A DNA stretch of 64,000 nt from Lama glama (taxonomy: Eukaryota), in contig CM052816.1 of the NCBI GenBank assembly GCA_028534125.1, positions 30,072,001-30,136,000 on the forward strand, in the 5' to 3' direction. Position 1 is the stretch's first letter. Each line of letters begins with the position of its first letter. Made by a program: the position numbers and the translations under genes. Positions 1 to 11,645 of the stretch are shown piece after piece. The notes beneath the pieces were generated by a model that was given only the letters and a program-made list of their open reading frames with translations, had not been told where the DNA came from and made no database searches.

Positions 1-108
1 TTATGAATTGTTTATTTCTGGAATTTTTCCATTGAATACTTTCAGATTGAAGTTGACCACAGGTAACTGAAACTGTGGAGAATGAAATCATTGAAAAGAG
101 GAGGCTAC
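1..108 (+). mobile_element. TcMar-Tigger DNA transposon end (MER8/Tigger2-like), cut by window edge
   Basis: ttatgaattgtttatttctggaattttt...gttgaccacaggtaactgaaactgtgga resembles the recalled Tigger2/MER8 terminal segment. Confidence 0.7.
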
Positions 109-771
109 AATATCTCTTTGGCCATAACGGTTCTACACTTTGAAAAAACTAACCATTGGTTACCTTTAAAATAACAGATAGATTTTAACATATTTTCTAT
201 ATATCTTAGATAAAATATATGTTCTAAATAACTTTATGTCCTTCAATTCACTTTCACTGTCTTTTTTACTTCCTCTTCTGATTGCTATCTAAATCTTAAA
301 ATAGGAAATTATTCCGGTGGTTGCACACATCCCTTTCTTCAGATGTGAACATGATACTGACCTCAAATTTGAATCAGAAAGCTGTGTAACTTCTCAGCTG
401 CAGCTCTTTCTGGTGCTGTTGTCCTGATAACTGGATGTCCTGAGGACCAAGACTGGGATGAAGCAAGAGAGCTGCCCAGGGTGCAGCATTTGAGGGGCGT
501 TCACTCTCAGAGTTCTCCAAGTGCCTCCCAGCCTGGGCTCTCCACACCTTTTCCCAGGGATGTGTGTCGGAGGTGGACAGACATATTAGAATGTGGTTGG
601 AGGAGGAGAGCACACTGTTGCTGCAATTCTAGAGCAGTCTGACCCATGTGTCAGTGAAGGTAAGAATCCTGTAGATTCAGGAGAGGGATCCTGTATATTG
701 GCAAACAGTGACTAGATCCAGACCTCTATTCTGGTCCCTCTGATTTTTCCTTCTCTCTTGACGTGTACTGA

Positions 772-1117
772 TGCTATGGACTCAATTGTGTTCTCCCCAA
801 ATTTGTGTGTGGAAGTACTAACCTTCAGTACATCAGAATATGCCTGTTTTTGGACAGAGGGCCTTTAAAGAAGTAATTAGGATTAAATGAAGCCATGGAG
901 GTGGCCCTAATCCAATGTGACTGGTGTCCTTATTAGAAGAGAGAACGTGTTCACAGAGAAAAGGCCGTGTGAGGACACAGGAAGACGGCCATCTGCAAGC
1001 CAAGGAGAGAGGCCTCAGGGGAAGCCACACCGTCAACACCTTGATCTGTCTTCCAGCTTCCAGAACTGTGAGAAAGTAAATTTCTGTTCTCCAAGCCAGC
1101 AGCCCTAGTGAACGACA
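772..1117 (+). mobile_element. MaLR solo LTR, MLT1B-like
   Basis: TG...CA ends; diagnostic ggccctaatccaatgtgactggtgtccttat, ccatctgcaagccaaggagagaggcctca, ccagaactgtgagaaa. Confidence 0.9.
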
Positions 1118-1608
1118 GCTGGTCACGTGGCCAGTGCTGTGCGGGGAAGGGCTTCGTGCCTGAGATTTTCCCTTCCTAGCCCTGCCTGTGACCCTCTGTG
1201 ACACTCACACAAGGAGGCTTAGTTCTTATCATTTTATTCTTTGCCCTTTAACTTCAAAGAAGCTATTTTTGGATTAAGAACTCCTTTTATGAGATATAAT
1301 TAGAATTTGAGGCCCAGCCAAGAAAGACCTCTGGAGGTTTCCTTTTGCTCTAGGAGTAGGATTGTAAAGTTTAATGGGCCTGCTCAGTGTTCTTTGAGTT
1401 CGGGGCCATGCCCAGTCCCTGCTGTTATTACCTACAGTAGAAAAGAAATCGACTCGATGTCATGCTTGAAGGATGGACCAGGCTGCTCTTTAAAACAGAA
1501 AGTTGGCTAGTTTCCGTAATGTGCATTTAATGATTGGAACCATTTATTTGTCTTCCCAATTCTTTCACTTAATTTAAGGTTAAACCACATTTATTTTCTT
1601 TCCACTTA

Positions 1609-1800
1609 AACACACACACAAGTGTATGTATACACTATATATACACACATATATGACATATATACATGCATATATAATATATAAATACATATGTAATATG
1701 TAATACATAAATGCATATATGATATATTATAGATATTAATATATGATAATAATTATAAAATTCGTACACACAATATATAGGCATATATAAAAATATAAAC
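1609..1800. repeat. (CA)n plus degenerate (TA)n low-complexity tract
   Basis: cacacacaca followed by ~170 bp of tatata/catata-type sequence. Confidence 0.85.
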
Positions 1801-2314
1801 TCCAATAACAATAAATTAAAATGTTTAAGAATGGACCAAAAGAACACTCTTTTCAGGACAGGAGCAACCCTGAATAGCCTGTCAGAAGTTTGATGGTGTT
1901 GAGAGCCAGTAATACATGAAGAAACCCTACGACTGGAGCCCTAGTGTTGATTCCCCAGCCAACTCGTCTCAAGTGTCCATATGTATAAAAGGAGGGTGTT
2001 GGACCAGAGCATGTCTCAGTCTGTCATGGAAGGATTCTATAACAATGGTCAGGAAAGTAGTCAGAAAACTAGCTGGTTGGCCACAAGCTCTGAACCCCCA
2101 CTTTATCCTGGCTGTGTTGAAAAATTCTACACGAACGTCTTTCTGATCTAGTGACTATATCCCAGCCAGACCTCCAGGTAGTCTGTAGTCAGCATTTGAA
2201 GTTTATAACCTAAGCCAAGATTTTCACACCCAACACCGATAGGCCAGGAAAAGGCCTGCGTGGGGGCAGCGGTGAGCTCAAGAGCAGAGTGTGCAGACCA
2301 TCTAAAGGGTGCGC

Positions 2315-2500
2315 CCAGGGTCCTGCCCTGTTTAATACAGCTGTCATGTAAGGTGATGGGACCGTGGTTGCCAGATCCTCAGATTTTCTAGGAGAAGCCA
2401 GACATCCATGCTTTAATGTCAAATCTCCTATTTTTAAAATGTTGAGAACCAATAACAATTTTTAAAACAATTTTGTGTAGGGCACATAAACATGCCTGCC
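2315..2500 (+). mobile_element. hAT-Charlie MITE, MER102-like
   Basis: gtggttgccagatcctcagattttctaggagaagccaga...aaatctcctatttttaaaatgttg resembles recalled MER102. Confidence 0.7.
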
Positions 2501-3344
2501 ATTATTCTTTCAATATTCCCATAGTTCTCAAAGCAGGAGCCAAGCAAGCAGTCCCTGGCACACCCATCGGGGGTCCACCTCTGTAGAGGGTCTGCCACCG
2601 TGGTTTAACAGCTGTGTTCCCTCAGAGTCCAGCAGATCCTCAGGGCTCCTTATGTATTTGTCTTACTATTATTTAGACTGGGCCTAACACTTCATTTGAG
2701 ACAAAGGGTAGTTTCCATAAATACGTGCGGTGTTTAAAACAGTACTGGGCACATAAGAAGCACTGTTTAAGTGTTAGATACTATTACTGGCAAAGAGTCT
2801 GTAAGACAGAGTCTATAGGAATCAGGAGTTAATGTCCTAATTATTCTACCACGTTGTTCTGAAGAAAGGCCATCTCTCAATTTCATGAAATTCAAAAGCA
2901 TTTTAAAGCGTCTTTGAAGTTTTATGATATTCAGAAATAGCCATACCTTATTATGTAAGGCTTTAATGTGCAGAAAAGTGAGCCTTTGCTAGTTTGCAAC
3001 CTCACTTTTGCTATTTTTGCTTTTAAATTAAAAAAAAGAAAATTACAGTTTCATTTTTTATCTAGGTTACCCACAGCTGGGACTGACTTGGGGGACTTTA
3101 CCTTTGGATCTGAGAGTACAAACACATCCATCAATATTCTATTCCCCAAAGGTATGCTAATTCTCATGAATAATCACTACAATCATGGCAAATTTTCAAA
3201 GATTATAACTGGATCATTCTCCTGCAATTGCTGTGAAGAAAGCCTGTATTAGAAGCCGCTTAACTTGATGATCCTCTCAGATCCTGTCCCCTGGACCACC
3301 CTTCCAGTCTTGCACTCCAGCAAAGAGGAGTATTTGTTTCACTG

Positions 3345-3620
3345 TCTTCCTTTGCGTACAGCCATGCCCAGAATGCCTCTTATCTCCCTTCAATCGTCAA
3401 AGTCTTTTCCACCTTTCAGCGCTAGTTTCAAATTCTGCCTCCTCCAGGACACTTTCTTGCTCCTTCAGTGTTATGATCACCTTGTACCAGCCCTGACATT
3501 TTCTTCCCTAAAGATCTCTTAGCTGTTTATTGTTGTCTCTTTTGAGGTACTCAACCAAGTTCTTAATGCGTATGTGTATCTGTCATTGTTCTCTACTAGA
3601 TTTTCTGCTTCGTGGGGACA
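3345..3620 (+). mobile_element. L2 LINE 3' fragment
   Basis: cccagaatgcctctt...ttcaaattctgcctcctccagga...tctctactagatttt pattern typical of L2 3' UTR. Confidence 0.55.
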
Positions 3621-5302
3621 TGTAGATAATTAACATTTTCTGAAGTAGTATTGCTCATATAATTAAATCAGAAATGTCCCTGTACCTTGGCTTAGGGATA
3701 TTGACTCTTGGTCCCCTTTTTACTCTCAGATGTTAAGCCCTTTTATAGCCAGTGGTTGTAGTAGAACCTCCTAAATTGTCCTTCAATCACATTTGAGCTA
3801 AACACTCAAGTGACATTAGGGCAAGCGATTTTCTCTTAATGTTGCTCTTACAGATAGTGCCTTTTCTTGCCTCTATAGCATTCCATCTTCTCAGTGATAT
3901 CTTGAGTTCTTGGTTACCTTAGAACATTTTGTAGGTTCCTTTTAGGATTGGGGTACATTTACATGGTGAAGTCTACCATTCTTTGATATTGCCATCATTT
4001 CCCACTGAAGACTGCGTAAACCTTGAAACTCACTTTGCCTAGAATGTCTGGGAGAGGCCTCATAGAATAACCTAAACATGAAATAGCTTTCAGATGCTGA
4101 CTCTCTGGTGTGTGAGGGTTTATGGATGCTATGTGAGGACAGGTATCTCCACAGCCACTGTGATTGTCATGCAGAGCTGCGTCCTCTCTTTCCGACAGCT
4201 CGGGTCCTCATGCATTTCTGTCTATCTGGAATAGAACTCAGTTTTGCTCATTATCCCTAAGTAAATATTAATAGTGACCTCTTGCACCGGCACAACTGTC
4301 TCAGTTTAGATAATAAAGTATGTGGTCCCTCTACCCAGAAAAGCCCTCTACTTATCATGAATGTTAGAACAACATTGGAGACCTGTGAATCGAGAGGGAA
4401 TCGGGAACTAAATTGGGATGAGGAAGAGAAGACTTACTCTTTTTAGCTGGGAACCCTCTTTCTGAGTTCAGTGCATCTAATAAGATCTTGCGATTAGAGT
4501 GGGTCCTTATCTTCAAAAGGTGTCTCCGATGACTGCACAGGGCTATGGCCATGTGTGTATGTGGGTTGGGGGGGGATGGAGGGGTGGACGTAGAGGTGGG
4601 TGCTCTTACTGGTAATATACAGTCATTGATTTCTTTCATAGTGGCGTTGGCACAGTTAACAACTGTGGTAGCCAGGAAACCCAAAGGCTTTGGCAGCCAG
4701 ACTTGGTGACAGTGGAAGATGTCTAAACTGGTTGTTGTGGCAGAAGAGGCATCTTCAGAAGCTTTTTGCCTCCTGGTAGATCCCTGAATTCAACCAAGAA
4801 ATTTGAATGTTCCCTTTGAAGGTGACTCTCTACTTGGCCTTGCTCAGATTATAAACGACAAGTATGTTAACACCCATTGTTTTTCGAAGCTCTACACCAT
4901 ACTATTTTGAGCTGACTTATCCTTCCAATGCCCTTGTGAGCTCAGACCTCATCTTTGAGATTTGGGGATTCAGTGACAGTTCTAGGCAGGCTGAGTTGGA
5001 GACAAAATTCAAGATAAGTTTGAAAAGAGATAGAATTGATAATGAAAGAATAGATGTCAGAAGGCTTACCTTGAAGTTTGACTGCAAAAGTTCCTAACTC
5101 CAGAGATTTTTCTCAGATTTTTCAGTGTATTCTTAACTCCTGTCTCCACTTCCAATCACACAGCAGATTCTCAACTATGTTACCTGAACACAAACTGATC
5201 TAATTGACCGATTTAGGTGTATGATAACCTGGATATGATTTGGGAGCTAATGGGAAAAATTTAAGTCATCAATGATACTTCCTGAAGTTTCTGAATGGAT
5301 TC

Positions 5303-5441
5303 TGTAGTGCAGTGGTTAAAAGCATGAGTCCTATAGCTAGGCTAGAGGGGGTCAAGTCCCTATCCCCCAACTTACTAGCTATGTGATTCATGCCAAATTC
5401 CTATTGTCTCTAATTCTCAGGTTCCCCATCTTTAAAACAGA

Positions 5442-5474
<33 letters not shown>

Positions 5475-5569
5475 AGTATTTACTTTGTAGGGTTCTTTGG
5501 AAGTATTTGTAAGATGATGTGTGCTGAGAACTTAGCACTGTGTCTGGCACCTATAAATGATGAATTATT
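5303..5569 (+). mobile_element. MIR SINE with internal (GAT)n, 3' tail interrupted by an LTR
   Basis: gtgcagtggttaaaagcatg A-box region, acttactagctatgtga and ctcaggttccccatctttaaaacagagatgat core, ttagcactgtgtctggcac tail. Confidence 0.85.
5442..5474. repeat. (GAT)11 microsatellite
   Basis: Directly visible perfect trinucleotide run. Confidence 0.95.
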
Positions 5570-6107
5570 TGTATTAACCCTGTGTTTCTGATGCTTAACA
5601 TCAGGGGCTTTGCTGATCCTGCAGAGATTGCTCCTCCCAGGGCTAGCCAATTCTTAGATATAGTAAATGACTCACTTGCAAGGGTGCCTTTCATATATGC
5701 AAACTCAGCAATCTAAAACCCACACGCCCACCACCTCCTCTCTTGGGTTCTTACATTCAAAGCCACTACTCCCCTGCCTTAATCATTGCAGGGCCATATA
5801 TAGACAATGAGGGACAATCCTTTTGTCCTAGAGTCCACTGAAATTTTTCAAGCTTCCAATCCTAACCTGCTTTCCCTGCCTCACCCATTCCTTCCCATGA
5901 AAGCCACAGTAAAGCCTCCTGCCCACGTTTTCCCCTTGTTCCTTCTGCCTCCTGACTGTCTCTAGTGCTTTCCTGTGTGGCCTCTGTGTGGCAGTGGCAT
6001 GCCCCTTCATTTTGGAAACTATAAATAACAAACTATCTTTTCAACAGCCATCATTTCTTGATCTGTTGGCCTCGTCATGTATAATATAAAATCTACATTT
6101 TAAGACA
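5570..6107 (+). mobile_element. ERVL-class solo LTR, MER74-like
   Basis: Starts tgtattaacc, ends aagaca; cctcccagggctagccaattc and cctttcatatatgcaaac motifs; flanks ttatt/gtatt form a 4/5 TSD. Confidence 0.85.
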
Positions 6108-7364
6108 GTATTTTTTTGATGATGATGATGATGACGATGTTAATAGAGAGAACTTCAACTGATTCATTAACTCTGTAGCTAATGCTTATTCACTAATATT
6201 TTCATACAGATAATTTACCAAGATAGAAAAAACACATTTTGAATTTTTACTTAGAAAATTGGAGGACTTAGAAGCCAGCAGATTTGAATTCTAGATTAAA
6301 ACTATGACATTTTACTTGAGCAATTTTCTCAGCCTCTTGATGTCACAGATTCCTTGCTTTTAAAATAAATAAATAAAATCACACAATCAGGCTACTAAAA
6401 ACATGATTATGAAAAGGAGAAAATGAGAGTGTATAGGAAAGGGTTTTAAAAATATGGATTGGGAAACATTATGTTGCATAGAGAAATGTGTGACCCAATT
6501 TGACAAAGAATAAAGACCCACCTTATTTCCATTGATAAGGAAATGTTGTATATCTCAATCATTTTATGCAAGAAAAATAATGAGACAAAGCTAATATAGA
6601 GATCACATCCAGGGAAATACATGCTAAACTATAAATGAACAGTTCATGTGATGAATTATGCATGATTTTAAATTAGTTAATGAAATAGATTCCTATTAAA
6701 TGATAATGAAGGATTTCTAGGCCTAGTTCTGAATTTGATACTGAATTAAATCACTGTGCTGGAATTCTTCCTGACAACCGTGGCAGTGTAAATCTCTCCA
6801 TGTGGCCTGTTCAATGTGTCCTCCTTAATGAGGAAGGAGGGTGTTGAAAGTGTTGCAATGCTGAAAAACAGAAGTGAGGCTACGAGTGAGTGGATGAGGG
6901 ACTAAAATGTGGAGAAGGAAAATGGCATGTAGGCGTTTGCTTAAGAATGAACATCTTAGGCAAAGTCAGTTACAGTTCAGTCTCCACATGGCCTTAGAGT
7001 GGGGGCTCTGTTTTCTCCATGACAGATCTGACCTCTTCTAGCCAGTTTCCCATGTCTTCTATCTTTTTTGATGTTTCTTAAATCATGTAGCATTTTGTCT
7101 TCAGTGTTTCCCATTTTCCATGCTTTTGGGCCAGTTAGCATAGCTGGTGGTGATGAGGCTGTTGGGCAGTCCTGGAGGCCATAGGAGGCTCATTGGCAAT
7201 GTGTTTCCATGGCTGGACCCAACTATCAGGCTTATTTGCAAGAACAGTGGCTTTTTTGGTCGTTTTGTTAGTACCTACAAGATATCAGCTGCTTTACCTG
7301 CTGTCTCTAATCAAATCCTCACAATTTCCCTTTGAGCTGTTTACCCTTCGCATTTCCTTCACCT

Positions 7365-7475
7365 GGACTCATGGAGGGCAAGTGACTCAGCCAAGGTCCC
7401 ATACCTAGTAAGTAACCCCTCGAGAAAGTAAGATCAGAGCTGTCTCTCTCCAAAGCTTGTGTTCTTAACCAGTGA
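7365..7475 (-). mobile_element. MIR fragment
   Basis: aagtgactcagccaaggtcccatacctagtaagt...tccaaagcttgtgttcttaacca. Confidence 0.65.
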
Positions 7476-8037
7476 TTACTTCTCAAATATTTAGCTGGTC
7501 ACAAGGAGGCATGGGTAAGAATAAAACTAAATGCATCAGGAGCATTTGTCACCACTGGGAAAAACTCTAGGTATCTTGTCTATTTATGGCTCCATCTTTA
7601 GATGTGAAAGACGGCACATTCACATTTGGCTCCGGGTATTTGTACCTAGTTCTCTTTCTTGACCTTTCTAGAGATTAGAAACAAACAAATGACCAGAAAA
7701 ACAACTGCTGATCCTAGTAGTTTATAAATAGCCTCTGTGAGGTGAATGAATGCTTCAAACACACTATACTTTTCTTGCTCCTGTTGGATTATTATTTACC
7801 TCTTCAGGGATGCATACTTTTCTCCCCTCCAAACTTCAACACCCCTCATAGGCTGGGGAACTCCTTGGTTGTGTCTTTGGATTCTCTGGTACCTGCCTCA
7901 AGATTAAGTAAAATTTCTTTATGTAATCTCCTGGTCTTCATGGTTGCCCACATGTGGGATTGCCTATGTACTGATTTTCTGAACCACACATTTAGCAGTT
8001 AATGTTTAAGGCAAGGTGTTGCTGGCTGTATACTGTC

Positions 8038-8143
8038 CTGTGATTTCTTTGAGGAAGGGGGCCATGTCATGTTCCTTTTTGTCTCTCTAGCATTTTACTT
8101 TATGCTTGGGACACAGGATGTGCTTGGTAAATACTGCTTAATC
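8038..8143 (+). mobile_element. L2 extreme 3' end
   Basis: tgtgatttctttgaggaagggggccatgtc...acacaggatgtgcttggtaaatactg. Confidence 0.6.
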
Positions 8144-9523
8144 CAGCCCACCTGACCTCCAGTGGGGAGCTCTGGGGAGTCCTTTGGATCAGTTCACTTG
8201 TCAGTTGAAGTATATCTGAGTACCCATTTGACATAGATAACAAATGACAGATTATGGTAAATTGAAGACTATCCCATAGTAACATTGCCTGAGTAATTGA
8301 AACTGCAGAAGCTATCTAGACTTGTAACTCAGTGAACTACAAAATACTTTATTCTAGTTGAGGAAGCTGATTGCCATTGAATGAAAGTATAAAGAAGAAT
8401 CCTGGCTTTGATGATCACAGAATCTGCAAGTGCTCAGCTCCTGTCTTCTTTGTCCCGGGGGTGCATTCCTTTCCACGTGTGTCCCACGTGTTAAGCCTCT
8501 TAGGGATGAAGCAAAGTGCATTTGTTTGCATGTACTTGGGAGTATGATCGTCTCACAGTCCATGTTTAATGGGTATCTAATCCTCTCAGTTCTTTATTGT
8601 CTGTATGTACACTAAAAACATAGCTCAGCTAAGGAGTAAATAATTTGGTTTTTCCACTTCCCCCTGTGAGTATGAAGAAATCAGGCACTGGCATTTGAAA
8701 GATTATGCTAGCAGCCAAATCAAAGTCAAGCGGCTATCATTAAAAATTACAATAATCTAGATTATAATAATCAAATAAATTTCCATTAGGTCAGTGAATT
8801 CAGGGAAAGATCAACCTTGAATTGTTACCCTGTTTTTGTTAAATTTCCCCTTGAATTCAGCCTGTAGGAGTAGATTGTGTTTCACTGGGTTTTCTGAATG
8901 AGACTTGGTAGGAATAGAAGCTCACTTTTTCCCTCTGGTTTATTACTTACATTGTTTGAGTATTTTTCCCCCTCAATCCTTCATAAACACCTGCTAGCTA
9001 ATTCCCCACTGTACTCTGGGAAAAGCATAGAATTAAAGTAATTTTAAAAAATTAATGGCACAGAAACACTGACTATACCCCAGTTTTTTGTTACCTTCTC
9101 TTACCTTTCAGTTATAAATCTATTTCCCATGCACTATTAGTAGAATCACACATTGTGAAACTTTATGACTTCATTTTAGGATGATTTCTTTAAGGTATTC
9201 TATTAGAAACTTGTGAAAACATGCATCTGAACATAATGTTTTCACACAGCATGTGTACTATTAATTTTTGCAAATGCGCCTTCCAAAACCTATTACGTTT
9301 GTCACACTGTGATGGAAACAGTTACCCCTGGAAATGGTGTGAAGGCCATCAAGGCAGGGAGGCTCAGAAGCTGCGTCAACATCATTACCTGATGTGTATG
9401 TACATCCTCTCCTGCCAGACAGCAGCTTTCATCAAGTCAGCAAGTACACGACAAGGCAGCCACAAAATGAGGTTTTTGAAAGTTCATTTTGGGAGCTGGC
9501 ATTTTGCCTGAGCCCTCCCCTAC

Positions 9524-9889
9524 TGTATTAGTCAGCTCGGGCTGCAGTAACAAAATACCGCAGACTGGCTGGCTTAAAAAGCAGGAATTTATTTCTTATA
9601 ATTTTGGTGGCTGGGAAGTCTGAGATCAAGGTAATAGCTAATTTGATTCTGTGATGAAGACTATCTTCCTGCCTTGAAGATATTCACCTTCTTGCTGTGT
9701 CCTCACATGGAGGCGAGAAAGAGAGAGTGCAAACACTCCGGTGTCTTTTCTTATTAGGGCACTAATCCCGTCAGGAGGGCCTCATCTAAACATAATGATC
9801 TCCCAAAGGCCCATCTCTAATACTGTCACATTAGGGGTTAGGGCTTCAACATATGAATCTGTGGGAGGGGCACAATTCAGCGTATAGCA
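9524..9889 (-). mobile_element. MaLR solo LTR, MLT1A0-like
   Basis: tgtattagtcagctcgggctgcagtaacaaaatacc...gggttagggcttcaacatatgaat...tatagca; complete TG..CA unit. Confidence 0.9.
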
Positions 9890-10279
9890 GTGACTCTAAC
9901 TATTACAGCCGTGATGGAAGGCTGTTATTTCCCGGAAATATAATTGTGAATTTGTCTCCACTCTTTCCTTCAGGCCTGGCCTCCTCAGGTCTCTTCAGTT
10001 CATTAGGCTTCCTTTCTACCCTACAGTCTCCCCATCTCCACCTGCTCAGGCCAGGCCCTGTGCGGTCTTTCTCCCTGCCCCATCATGCAAATTCTGCCTG
10101 TTATTCAGCATATGTCTTAAATGCTGCTTCTTCTAAGCATTTTCTGCTTCTCATAATCTGAAATCCCTTATTCACACTCTGGTGTCCCTGGCCTCTTGAA
10201 TTGGTCCTCTTGAGGCTCTGACCATTCTAAAGTATGTGTTACTCTTACTCACATGAGAGTCTGGCCATCTCTTTTGATG

Positions 10280-10680
10280 GTAGCCGGGTTTGTTTTATTC
10301 AGATATGATAAGACACACAGACACAGCAATGATGGTCACGAAGAAAGAAGTGTTTATTACACTCACAGTTCCCTGGAAACAGGCATAGCACACCGTGCAG
10401 GGTCATGTGGGGAAGCACAGAGAGAGGATGTAGTGGGCTGAACCCTTCCTGTGGTTTCCACAGAAGAAAGAGGTGAAGCAGGGCATGCAGGTGCAGTTTT
10501 TGGGGTAGTTTGAATGGTTTCCCTGGGCTTGGGGCTGTAGGGGCTGGTGTGCTCCCAGGCAAGTTGTTTTACTACTTGTTGGAATTAGCTAGTTCTCGGA
10601 AGGGCAGCCCCTCCTGGGTCATTGACGCTATAGATATCAGAGAATCGAAAATACAGAAAAGGAGAAAATGTAGTCAGCCT
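10280..10680 (-). mobile_element. ERVL-class LTR, MER74/MER73/MER54 group
   Basis: actcacagttccc, tgtggtttccacagaagaaagaggtgaagcaggg and ggaattagctagttctcggaagggcagccc are reverse-complement relatives of the 5570-6107 LTR. Confidence 0.65.
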
Positions 10681-10779
10681 TCCTTTGTTCAAGATCCCTC
10701 TTAAATAACCCCATATACAGAAGTGCTTGTCTGGGGGGATTAGGACTGCAGATTCTTGGAAACCGTAAATAAAATCACC

Positions 10780-11200
10780 GTGTCAGGCCTTGCTGACAGG
10801 AGAGCTGAGGAGCTGGGACTGGAGGCTTATTGAGAGCCATTTTCACATCGCAGTCTCTTGCTCTCTCTGCCTGCTTCTCTCTCCGCTCACTTCTTCCCAC
10901 TTCTCGGGGACTGCCTCACCCTCTTCTCCAGATTTTCTCTTTCCTACTTGTGTTTCTTCCTTCTCAAATTCTTATAGAAATTCCTGCTCTGCTCCATCAT
11001 GGCCCTGTTCTGGCTGTGTCCTCCTTTGATACAAACCTTCAGTGACTGCAGCCCCACTGACTCTCTCCATAGCGTAAGATTTGCATTCCTAGGGGAGGTC
11101 TGTATTTGGCTTTACATCCTGTAGAGCAAAACTTGTGGGACCCGGGTAGACAGGGGCGATTTCCCTTAGAAGAAGTGGTGGGTATGGCAGGGCCCACGAT
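10780..11200 (-). mobile_element. Old MaLR LTR (MLT1J/K/L-like), highly diverged
   Basis: attcctaggggaggtctgtatttggc and ttcccttagaagaagtggtggg resemble old MLT1 subfamilies. Confidence 0.4.
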
Positions 11201-11384
11201 TAACACGTGTGATCGGTGTTGAGTTTAAGAAGGGGAGAAGGACATGGACCTTAATCCTCAAGGAGCTCCCAATCGAGAACAGGGGAAAGGGATCTTATGA
11301 ACAGTGTCATCGATGTGAAAAAGCTCTGTGCAAAACTGCTAAGTGACATGTGGACAAACTTTCTTTATTTGTAATGACAATAAT

Positions 11385-11645
11385 AACAATAGTAATAATA
11401 ATATCTAACGTGTACGTATCGTATTACTTATAAAAATGCCAGAAAATTGTTCCAAATGCTTTATGTATGTATTCTCAGTTAATCCTTAAGACAAGCCTAT
11501 CAGGGAAACTATTAATATAATCACTTTACAGATAATAAAACTAGGGCACAGAGATTAAGTAACCTGTCCAAGGACACACAGATACTGTCTAAGCTGAGTT
11601 TCAGATCCAGAAATTCTGACCACTGCCTGTGCTGATAGCCACCAT
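11385..11645 (-). mobile_element. MIR SINE, near full length
   Basis: tttacagataataaaactagggcacagagattaagtaacctgtccaaggacacacag core. Confidence 0.85.

Noticed and set aside
833..1204. 123-aa ORF containing EIYFLTVLEAG
   Set aside because: Typical antisense translation of an MLT1 LTR
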